NCBI GenBank assembly: GCA_051313645.2
Contig: JBNRSN020000007.1
Location: 275,094,001-275,158,000, forward strand
Origin: Centroscyllium fabricii
Taxonomy: Eukaryota
Reading direction: 5' to 3'
Length of the DNA: 64,000 bases
Position 1 is the stretch's first letter. The number at the start of each line of letters is the position of its first letter. Positions 25,807 through 36,995 of this stretch are shown here, one piece after another. Below the pieces are notes generated by a model. The model saw only the letters and a program-made list of their open reading frames with translations, was not told the origin of the DNA and did not search any database. A program made the translations under genes and the position numbers.

Positions 25807-25941
25807 TATATTTCTTAACAGTATAGCACCGCTGCAACCTCCTGAACAAGTGGCAACATGCTTTTTTATGGCTGTAATTTAACATTTCATATTCATGATT
25901 CCTCCCCGGCTGTCAATAGCATTTAGTGTTGCTATATATAT

Positions 25942-26280
25942 AAGAACATAAGAAATAAGAACATAAGAAATAGGAGCAGGAGTAGGCCAATCGGCCCCTC
26001 GAGCCTGCTCCGCCATTCAACAAGATCATGGCTGATCTGATCCTAACCTCAATTTTATTTTTACTCTCCATCCCGCCCAGACCCATGTGATCACCCGGGA
26101 GAGGCGAAAAACACAGATTAAAAACCCAGTGGCCAATTTGGGAGAAAAAATCTGGGAAATTCCTCTCCGACCCATCTAGGCGATCGAAAACTGGTCCAGG
26201 AGATCACATGGCCGATCTGAACCTAGCTTCACGTCCACTTACCTGCCCACTCACCATAACCCCTAATTCCCTTTACTTCC
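25942..26280 (-). mobile_element. CR1 3' end with structured module (partial copy at 61447-61595)
   Basis: Shares the module with 3690-3820. Confidence 0.75.
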
Positions 26281-27247
26281 ATATATAAAGATATATACAT
26301 ACATATCTAATGATTTTATTATGATGTATTCAAGTGTTTCACTCGCTCTTTATTATTCTCATTGCGTCATTGCTGTATGTTCCAATTTCGAGAAAGGAAC
26401 CGGCCACTTTGTAGAAGCGCTAAATTTGAACTCGCATGGTATCAACTATTAGAATACAACACCGGCTCAAATAGGCTGTGCCAAAGAAACGAGCCCAGTC
26501 ACAAGAGTGCGTGTTGTTTTCGCACTGAGATAAAGGATCAAGGTTCCCCTCTAGCTTATTGAAAGGCACAAGGCTAAAATAATTTATATCGTCAAGGCCT
26601 AAGTAGTTTATTCAGAATGGGGAATGGGCCTCTGAAGGGCGCCTCTTCACAACTCTGACCTTGTCAAGGAAGTTGTTGACCCCCAACATTGTGATGTAGT
26701 GTTATTTAAGACATAAAAATTATGAGTGTGTTTTGCAGACCATTCTATGCTGAATGGTGATTAAGGACAGAAAGTAAAATACATGTTTAAAGTATTGGAG
26801 TATACAAGGTAAACTGCATTTAATCTAGGAGGAGAAATAGATAAAGTTCTGCTGCATTTGGTTACAATATGGAAGGTTTAGTCAGTACCCCCATCAGTTG
26901 TCACTTTCTTGTCAGATTCCACATCCAAAATCAATGAAGCTCTGATCTCTATTCTGATTTACAATCCAGACCACCACTAAATAAATTACTGCAGTTAAAG
27001 GGAGGGGCGGAGTCACACTTAAAAAAAACAGGAAGATGATCCGTTGAAATAATCACGGAAATTTCAAAACGGGAGCAAAGATTTTATTTTTGCTGGGGTT
27101 TGTCCTTATATGGGTGGAGAGGGCCGTCCGGTCTTCAAACTTCACAGAACAGTGGGTTTTATGAGGGCTCAAAGCGTGGCGCTTGGGAGAAGCCCTGCCC
27201 TGCCAGAGACCATGACTTGCTGAGCCCGGATCCACCAGGCTGCTTAC

Positions 27248-27414
27248 CAATCTCCTTTGTGGTTTAATGAGCGGTCGGTTCATCCCGTTCATCTTGTGAT
27301 ACAATCCGCAGGCGTTGCAAAGATAATGGCCCGTCCCATCCCGTCTCCAGAGCGGAGTAGACATGGATCCACAATTCACACACTCGCGGCCCTCGGGGAA
27401 ATCTTCCAACATTT
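27248..27414 (-). CDS. GATA5: GATA5 coding exon 2 (N-terminal zinc finger)
   Basis: (E)[55 protein letters not shown]; AG acceptor, GTAAGC donor; 167 nt, phase 1 to 0. Confidence 0.97.
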
Positions 27415-30400
27415 CTATTTTTAAAAAAAAGGACGACATCAATGACATCTGGTTTGCATAATACAAGAGAGTTGTGACTGTCAGAAAAAATGCATCCTGT
27501 TAAATAAGTGTTCTAAAGAAATAAAATAAAAATGGCTCCACGTCTAATAAATTAGATTATTTATTGCCTTGCTCAGTCCTGGAGTATGTTATCTTATGTT
27601 CACTTCATGGTTGAAAAACGGAGCACAATTCTCTATCATTAAAAGGAAAATTGTTTCATTTAGATGTGAACCCTAACTTCGATTCTTGGGTTATTATTGG
27701 ATGTTCTACCAACAGCTACACTTCATAGGTTCCACTCGCAAAGGCGTCAAGATGCTTCATTTCAAACCCCACTAAAAAATATCATTAAATACCATTCTCT
27801 CTCGCATTCTGTGCACCGGTCAGAACAAACGCTGCAAATTCCTCACATACTTATCCCGGATTACACCATGATTTCTGGTGAGCATTTTTTTATGTTTATT
27901 TATCCACGGGACATCTTTACATTTCATCTTTCACCAAAGCTGCCTCCTGTCATTTGAAAAAAATAAGAGATTTAAAATAAAATATTTTGTTATACCCAAA
28001 TAATCCGTTGCATTCGAGATAGGGGGTTTTCAAATGGTTCAACATCTCAATCGATGAAGCCTTAATAAGGAGGACTCGCTGTTGTATCAGGGAGTGTGGG
28101 GGGGGGGGGGGGGGGGAGTGTGGCCATTGGCAAGTTTTACCATTCAAGCCTATTCATTCGAAAGCCAATTCGAGTACCCATATTCCTCTACCACGCTATT
28201 TTCCAGGCATTGTACGGTCGGGACAAGCTTGTTTGTGTAAGAGGATGCACATTACAAGTTTCTCGAATAAAACGAGGAAACGGGAGATCTGAAAATTGTT
28301 AGAAAATGTCCATATGGCAGGAGAAGGACGAAGCCTTTGCTTTTACTGCCTGTCTGTGAAATAAGACGAAGGTTTGGCACAGAGACTCTCAGACAACAGT
28401 CTGGCCTTTCCCTTCCAATGAGCAGTAACAACGATAATCATCTCTGAAATGAACTTTTCAGGATGTTTTCCAAATAATTGGCGAAACGTCCTTGAAAACC
28501 CTTTTTTTTTTAATTGAGAAACGGTATGTAATTCACTGTGACCAAGATGGACATCTGATGTCAACACTGTAAATATATGTGTGTGTTGTGTGGTTGAAAC
28601 ATGTCTGACAATCCAAGTTAGTGGTTACTTTGGTGGCGGGGAACAATTCTGGAAACGATAAATTTTCTTGTGATCAAAAAAAATGGCATCCAAATGTTAT
28701 GGGAGTGCCTTGTTACATAGAGACTGTAAAATAGGTTTTAGTAGAAGGCACAAATAATTTCTAAGGAGGGGAAAATAAAGATTATACTGTAGGCTTTTTT
28801 TTGGAAGAGGGTTGGTGATAGAAATCATAATGCCTTGCCAAACTTTCCCGTTTTTCATCAAAGTGTTTTTGGATGTTGACTGGTGGCGACAGGGAGGCTG
28901 GCTCACAAGACTGATGGAATGCTCATTTGTGTTACAGAACGCCCTGTGATCCGCTGCTCGGTTTATCAATCACACCTATTGCACTCGGTGACAAATGACA
29001 GCCTGTAGACGGAAAACAGGTCAACATTCTGCATTTATTCCCGCCGATCTCAAAACGTGCAGTAAACAAGACCCCCTTTAAAGGAGAGAGAAAACTTTTT
29101 ATAATTTCCCCCCACTCTGTTGCTGTGCAATTGTTATTTTTTTAAAGAGAGCGAGAAAACGGTTTATGGATCTATTCAAACGAAGCGGATTCAATATAAT
29201 TGATCCCCTATCCTCCTAGACTCCCGATTAAGCGCTGCTTCTGCAGAAAGCAAAGTTTGCATCAAATTGATTACCAGAGGAATTTCACGGGGAATTGACT
29301 GCTTATTGTGGTTTTACTGTGAGTTATATAAAGTCATCTGATCCAAATAATATCAGCATACTTCTGCTGTTTTCGAAAATTGAAATGCTTTCCCCCCGCG
29401 GGCAGCAAATTTAAAATCTTGCTAAGATTGGTGCTGGCGGCAAGTGTTGAGAACCCAATTTGTATTTAAAATAATAGCTTGGTGTGTGTGTGTGGGGGGA
29501 GTCAGGGCATTGCTAGGAGGGGAATCTTTAAAAGTCTGCGGGCAGACCGAAAAGGTGACAATATATTTGGAAATGTAAATCTATGTTCTGAATCAGTAGA
29601 ACGTAATATTCATATTAATACATTTTAAACAAAAACCCGAGACTGTGAACGCTGTCTCTCTGTCTGAAGGATAAGATCTGAGCCACTGCACTTAATATGA
29701 AACTCCTGATAGAGAAATCTTATCTTATCATTTAATAATTGAATATCGAATAACTGAAATATATTTATTGTGTGTATCTTTTTGGTGCATTTTTCCCCAT
29801 GGGCTGTTAAAATCTCTGTGCAAACCCTTCCAATAATTCTGATCGGTGACGCTTTAAAGTTGACGTTCAGTATTAACAGGTAATGAAGTGTGTTTGGTAC
29901 TTGGAATGGTTGATCAAGTTTCACTGTCTCTCGCTTCATCTGTGGTAAATAAGGGGCTGTATTTGTAGATTGTTTTGGAGATGGGGCCAGAGTACTTGTA
30001 GACTTTTTAAAGAGTCTGCACTGAGCTAATGTGATCCAGTAAAGTGCTTAATAGGCTTACAAACCATAAATTGCGAATGTTACTTTAAACATCCTCCAAA
30101 CTGTTTAGTGTTAGAAACTGACCCAGTATCCAGATTCAGCGAATCGCCATTGTTCAATGTTATCAGACAAATGACATGAATTACAGCCTTACATTTTCTA
30201 GACTGAATATTTGTAGAGATAAAAACACTTTGATTAAAACAGGTATGAAACCAGCCAATCAAATCGACTGTCCTTGGTATTTTTATTGCTTCAGAACTCC
30301 TTTAGGCTCCGAACTGGGATTGCAAAACGCCGAATAAAGTGAGGCATTATTATTTTTAATATGCCCGTGACAGGGACGTCTCCAGATCGAACTTATAACC

Positions 30401-32099
30401 TTTATTCCTTTCAATGCACCGTATATAAAACCGAATTGTAAACCCTCTTGTTGTAAACACAACTCCTGAAAGATAATTTCAATATATTATCCCTAAATAT
30501 TAACTCTACATTTTAGACAGATGCCTATCTGTGCGGCTTATTTCAATATGACGCACAGATAGGCGAGTCAAAAAGTATACTATGTTGCCCATACATTGTA
30601 TACCTGTATCTGTATCTATGCATTTTAACTATGTATGTTATGTTTTATACTTTGGCAACATAGGGATGTATCCTGTCATGCCAATAAAGTTTTTTAAATT
30701 GAAATTGAAATTGAAAATTGAATTGAGGTAAATTAAACTTCACTTTTCTATTTGCTGCTAATGCGGACTCGAGGAATAAAGTAGATTTGATCTTTCCATA
30801 TTGTTCTTGCAATGTCTTGATTACCTCGTATCCACGAAATGTATCACAAGCGCTTAACAAATGCTCAATTAGAGAACATAAAAGGCCTAAAAGGGCTTTA
30901 GTTGAGTTAACTGTTACAGAGTTAAACTGGAGCTCAATTTCCCCCGGGGACTGGCCAAATGCTAGAAACACAAACATACACCTTTCTCCTCCGGCAAGAA
31001 GCAGAGGCACGTCAGTCCCTTACTTGGAATATACAGAAACCACGCGAAGAAACAGTGCAAGTCAAACAGACACACCAATAAATTAGGTGTGGAAAGGAAT
31101 GAGAGAAACCGTACATTGCAGAAAGATCAAAGTGAAATATATAGAAACTGAAAGTATCATTGAGGCGACAGACGGTCGAAATTATTCTCTGTTAATGTCT
31201 TAAATCCAATACAATTTAAAGGTTTGCAGTTAATGTCTGGTTGGGTGAATCCCATTTTGTCAAAAATAAATATGCTCTTTCAAGGCTTGAGAGAGATTCA
31301 CAGTTATTTGTAAGGGCTATCTACCGCTTCATTATAACATGAATGTTACTGTGGTGATTTAACTAGCATGGTTTGGCCGATTGTACAACACATGCGACAC
31401 CTCTGTGCAATTCGAGTTGTCAAAACGGTATAATTATATTTGAGCAAAAAAAAGTAACTGAAATTATCCAGTTAATACAATGAGGGTTAATAAATAATAA
31501 ACTTGATTTTTTAAAATTTTCTATCCCTTAACAGAGTGTAATGAATATAGATATAGATCGGTTTTAGTGACGACATTGTTAATTTCAATGAGAATCTTTT
31601 AACTTAAGTTTTGCTAGCTACATGCACGAAACAGATTAGATAGACAAGTGGATAGAACATGGAGCATTCTTTGAAAGACATCCTTAACTGATTATCTGAA
31701 GTGAAGTCACAAGTTGAAAATAGTTTCACTATTACCAGATGTCAGTGAGTATTAATTTCGGATGAATGATACGGAGTGGAAGCCATTGCTCATCGTCATC
31801 ACTAAACTCGGGCTATTTCTGCCGAAACGGGTGAAAAGGTGGCCCATTTTTAAAACAAATGCCAGTCCAAGGGTATGATAAATCAAATGCTGACTGTAAT
31901 TTCAAGCTATTAGGTACACTGTTGCCCCCGAGGTCATACCTACTGCCCCAGCCCTCCACTGCTGCCCAGATTTGTCACAGTCATCCTACCCTTCGACCGA
32001 GACACTAATTCTGATCACACGTGGACACAGCACTGTCAGCGATTCAAAACCAAGTTCTAACCTGGCTTAGGCAGATGGAAATACCCCGTTTTTTTTTGG

Positions 32100-32196
32100 T
32101 CAAATGCAAGAAGTCACACAACACCAGATTATAGTCCAACAGTTTTATTTTAAATCACAAGCTTTCGGAGCTTCTACCCCTTCGTCAGGTGAAAGA
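32100..32196 (-). mobile_element. PLE family A 3'-end fragment (single arm)
   Basis: Matches the pLTR sequence at 57460-57550. Confidence 0.8.
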
Positions 32197-32513
32197 GAGA
32201 GACTGACTTAAAGAACGCACATGTGTGATGAAGAGAGAAATCTGATATCTCCCACATCTCACCTCAGTAGAGATAGACACACAAAGGCTTATTAACATAT
32301 TTTAAGTGTTTCATTTTTTGGTGTAACCTGATAAATATTACTCCCAAATGTTAATCGTATTGGAGGGGATGGTTTTTATAAGGTAACCTGTTGCCCTTTG
32401 GCTCAATACTTTCATTACTTATGTATTGGTATTAAGCAACATTTGCGCCTTATTGATTATTTAGCAGTCTCCCTTCTTTTTGACACATTTGAAAACAGAT
32501 TTCAGTTACCTAC

Positions 32514-33042
32514 CCAGACTGGACCTCCTCCCAGACATGGAGACTTGTCTGGCCTGTAGGCTGTGAATCATGCTGCTCTCGAAGGGTCCAGGTGGCCAGC
32601 CTGAAGTCATCTCTGGCCCGACGTAGGTAGGATATGGGCTGGAATAGGATCCATTGACCGATCTGACCAGGGCATTGCCGTATTGTTCCCGGCCACCGGC
32701 GCTGATGACTAAGGAGTTGCTATAGGCCGCATCCCTCCCGGCACCGTGGCTCATGGGAGGGCTGTGAGAGTAAGAGAAGGTGGTCGAAGGATGAGGGCTG
32801 CTGGGGTTGAACCCGGAGCTTTCGGTACCTGGTTGCGGCCAGCCTGTGTGATTGCTCAGGTGGTGACTCTGATGGGCCGACTCACAGTTCTGCAGGTACG
32901 GTATGCTGGGCAGCATGGAGGGGACCCTAGTCGTGGGCACATACACAGGTGAGCCCGTTGAAGAATGCATGAAATTACCGGAAGCGTCGTGGGAATAGCT
33001 TGACTGTCCATGGTTCGCCGCGAGTGCCAGGCTTTGGTACAT
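32514..33042 (-). CDS. GATA5: GATA5 coding exon 1 (N-terminal transactivation region)
   Basis: ATG at 33042; MYQSLALAANHGQSSYSHDASGNFMHSS...SPVYVPTTRVPS...GREQYGNALVRSVNGSYSSPYP...GRRSSL closely resembles tetrapod GATA5; 529 nt ending in a phase-1 GT donor. Confidence 0.95.
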
Positions 33043-33200
33043 TTTCGAGTCGACCTGACGCCCCGATGCGTTGCGAAACAAACGCGCACAGAAAGTTTTT
33101 TTGAGTTCGGAATATGCGCAAATTCGGTTTGATATCAGTTCATTGCTGATTTCATAAACAAGGCGGTTCGATCACAACGAGGGCGAGGAGGGAAGATAGC
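33043..33200 (-). other. Putative 5' UTR portion of the first coding exon
   Basis: Candidate acceptor tgaattaaAG|gctatc at 33202/33200. Confidence 0.45.
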
Positions 33201-34104
33201 CTTTAATTCACGTCTATCCGCGTCCTTTTGTAAGTAAGAAATTCACCTGAAACAAATAATAGATTGGAGTTACACATTATCCAACAGGTCATCACGTTCA
33301 GTTTGCTGGAATCCAGAAAAGTGAAGTACCTGGTCTGGTCTGAGTGACAACTTCCGCTCAACTCTGTGCAGCCTTTTTTATGCAACCGTTTCACTTTATT
33401 CCAACATTTTAAATTTGGAGCATTAAAATCAGATTTTTTTTTAAAAAAAGCAAGCAATTTAAAGACTCGAGCGGAGAAATGGACCTGCAGTTGACGTGCG
33501 GGGCCGCAGATTGTTTTCTAAAGCAGACATGTTTTCGCCGTGCGATTCAATAGTTCACCGAGCATGAAAAAAATGTTCCCAAATCCTGTTTCGTTTAAAA
33601 CGAATTTCTTGACAGACGCACAGCGTGATACAGTTTGCAATTTCATTATTACCGCCAACCCTCCCCGCCCCCACCCCCCACAGGATACAGACAGGTAAGT
33701 TGGTGTCCCTGCCTGCAATATTCCTGGGGATAAATCGCACAGATACCCCAAATATCTGAATCTCACTCGGCCAACTCGTACAGTTCACTCCCAGCTGACT
33801 GCGAGGCGGAACATTAAAAGAATATATCAACCCAAGGCGCCTCTGTGACAGTCTTGAACTGAAGGCGCCCAATAAAACTTTCTAGCTTGGAATGTAGTTT
33901 TTATTATCTATGATTACACAAATCACAAAACAATATCGATAACTGCGCTGCCCCAATAATAGCGCTTTAGTTCAGGCTTTACATGTATCCTCTCTATCTG
34001 CGAGATAAGGTAACCTGTCAGATAAGGACCGGGGGGGGGGGGGGGAGAACTACAGCCGACGAATTCATTGGTCTAAGAAGCACTTTTCCGCAAAAATTAC
34101 TTAC

Positions 34105-34345
34105 GATCAAATCCGGAGCGATCCGCCGCAGGGAGGAGAAAACTGAATAACTTTTTTTGAACCAAAAAAAACCCCACAAGTATCCAGAGGATTGCACGGA
34201 GGAGATTGCAATTTGTCAGTGCGATGTGCTCGGTGAAGGAACTGTTGTTGCTCCGGGTGGTTTCTGATACGGACTGACCTGTCTCCTATCTTGATAGGCG
34301 ACCAGTTTCAGAAAGCTGTCTGTGTTATTCCCCGCTTTAACGCTG
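34105..34345 (-). other. Putative non-coding first exon of GATA5
   Basis: Consensus donor GATC|GTAAGT at 34104-34099 (minus), CpG-rich, just downstream of an E-box/GC-box; vertebrate GATA4/5/6 have non-coding first exons; TSS is estimated. Confidence 0.5.
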
Positions 34346-34560
34346 CCAATTCACTGAGCTAATTGTAGCCCCGAGCCCATGTGACGCGGGCCCGCCTCCC
34401 TCTCCTCCTCCAGCCCTATTGACAGAGCAGGACATTGGATCCTGAAAGAGACAGGGAGCCCCATTTGTCGGCCTTCATAATCCAATTTGAGGAGTGTTAA
34501 CAATGTGAAAGCAGGTAACCCCCCGCCCCCCCCCCCCCCCCCCGCCCGATTAGCCATGGC
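34340..34560 (-). promoter_or_regulatory. Putative GATA5 proximal promoter
   Basis: Minus strand GGGAGGCGGGCCCGCGTCACATGG (Sp/GC box next to a USF-type E-box, ~34377-34400); CCAAT at 34346; G-tract; CpG-rich. Confidence 0.55.
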
Positions 34561-36603
34561 GTTTTCTCACCCTTTCTACAATGGGAACATGGAATCATGG
34601 AAAATAAACAGTAAAAATTAAAATGAAATGGAATGGATTCCTGAAATGAGATGTTTCAGAGTCCCTCCTCGCTAGCAGGCCTGTAGAAATCAGTTCAAAC
34701 ATTCGGCCAAAGAGGGGGAAAAAAACACATCTCAGGACAATGGCAGTTTTTACAAGGTCAATGATTGTGAAACCAGGTCTTTCGGTTTAACATTAGTAAA
34801 AGCAACGAATACGAATCTAAATGCTAGCTGCAGCGTCAAAGTCTGCTTGTGAGGGATCGGTGTTATATTGAGGGACGGTTCTGCACGATTGCATTTTAAC
34901 ATAAGAACATAAGAAATAGGAGCAGGAGTAGGCCACTCGGCCCCTCGAGCCTGCTCCGCCATTCAGTGAGATCGTGGCTGATCTGATCCTAACCTTTTCT
35001 CAAGCACTCCAATGCATTTCGGTATAGGATGGCCTTGTAGCAGAACATGACAAACCGGGCCGTCCATCCGCAATCTATTGACACGTGTCTGAAATTACTA
35101 TAAACAGACTTGTTTAAAACTTCTCAAATGTAAATCCCCCCCACCCCCCACCAGTTAACTGCAGATTTGATTTTGGGGCCGTTTAATTCAATCTTAGATT
35201 AAACAAACAGAGAACGTGTGTGCTGACAGAGACGGCGACTCAGTCAAGCATTCTTTGTAAATGCTAATTGCAGAATGGACGCATTTAATAGTCCACCGAG
35301 CTTATATTCAACAGCTCAGTCAGTTCACCTATTTAGAGCGTTCTGCTTTAAGTTCACTCTCATTTTAGCGAAGTGGGAGTTTTCGTTCATTTTGCATAAT
35401 TTGATTATATTATAAAATAGCGTGCATAATTTAAAAAAAAGCTATGTATATATGTGTTTATGTATCTAAATATACAGCATGCAACTCCCGATGTGACTTT
35501 ATTGTACATATATATTTAAAACAAATATGGCAAAAGTCATACCGATAGTGTATATCATTTGTAATATTTCAGTATTTGGTTTTAAAGGCCATGGCCTACT
35601 CCTGCTCCTATTTCTTATGTTCGAGCGTTCTTATAATAAACGTTTTCAATCGTTTTAATTATCTCTTGAACCTATAGTGCGTTCCAAGTTTCTCTCCTTA
35701 GAAACAACGAGGAGAAGCGTATCATTGCTTTTCAAGATTGTGTTGGCATGATTTATTCACACTGACCACGGGAATAGAACACATATCAGAATGAGCACAT
35801 TTTACCAATTTGAAAATCAGCGCAGGTTTCTCCAGAACCTTGTGGTTCCAGACTAGCAAGAACAGGTTGCAAACATTGGCCTTAGATTCTGCCAAAATAA
35901 AAGGAGAATTGTCATTTGTGTCACCTCTGTGGAATAATTATAGCGCATGAATTGTAAATTTAGACCAGCAAGTAAAGGCTGTTACTTTGACTTCGTTTGC
36001 AATTGCTCATCTGCCCCTTTAATTTTTAGTACAATGTAATCATTTTGTCTAACAAACCTGACAGTTTCCAAAATCTTTGTAAGGAATTCGGTTGCGATCA
36101 ATGTATTTAATTTCTACTTATAACACATATGTATTTGTGATATTCTTCACCGAGAGTAATGTTCGAGCAGTGAACACGACTTCAAGCAAATTTAAAATAA
36201 CTATGCTGCCCTTGGGTCAGCCTGAGCTGTTGCTGTTTTCCTTCCTTCATCATCCCCGACCCGGGAAAGAGCTTGAACCAAGTCATTTAACTCAGTATCG
36301 GGCGCCTTGTATGTTTTGTAATGTAATAATTGATAGAACACTCCGGTATTAATAGCTTATTGTAGATAAGCAGGATAATCTGCAAACGATTTAATAAGCA
36401 GTATCCCATTGACCTAAAAGGACCATTGGGTTATTTAAAAAAATGTTTCATACACGTCTGTTTAAAACGTTGAGATGCTCGGATCAAGTGTCATGCCTTG
36501 ACCTGCCAAGTGCTCCCCAATAAGGATTTCTCATTTACAGAGACTGTTATACTCGGCACAGAAACAATACAATCATTCTTCGCCCCATGTCCAGTGCTGC
36601 TTT

Positions 36604-36995
36604 AGAAACATAGAAACTAGGAGCAGGAGTAGGCCATTCGGCCCTTCGAGCCTGCTCCGCCATTCAATGAGATCATGGCTGATCATCCAAACCCAGTACC
36701 CTATCCCTGCCTTGTCCCCATATCCCTTGATCCCTATCGAGCCTGCACCGACACATATCCCACCCTATCCCCGTAACCCCACTTTTAATCCCCCTAACAC
36801 TAAGGGTCAATTTATCATGGCCAATCAACCTAACCCGCACATCTTTGGACTGTGGGAGGAAACCGGAGCACCCGGAGGAAACCCACGCAGACACGGGGAG
36901 AATGTGCAAACTCCACACAGATAGTACCCGAGGCTGGATTTGAACCCGGGTCTCCATAGCTGTGAGGCAACAGTGCTAACCACTATGCCACCGTG
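36604..36995 (-). mobile_element. V-SINE, full length, long tail
   Basis: Head, V-domain and CR1 tail. Confidence 0.9.

Noticed and set aside
33043-33081. ORF-track N-terminal extension MFRNASGRQVDSK
   Set aside because: It starts at TTG; the conserved start is MYQSL at 33042.
33885-33900. TGGAATGTA, like the miR-1 5' end (miR-1/133 lie near GATA5 in mammals)
   Set aside because: The match stops after 9 nt with no hairpin; no mature miR-1 or miR-133 was spotted in the window.
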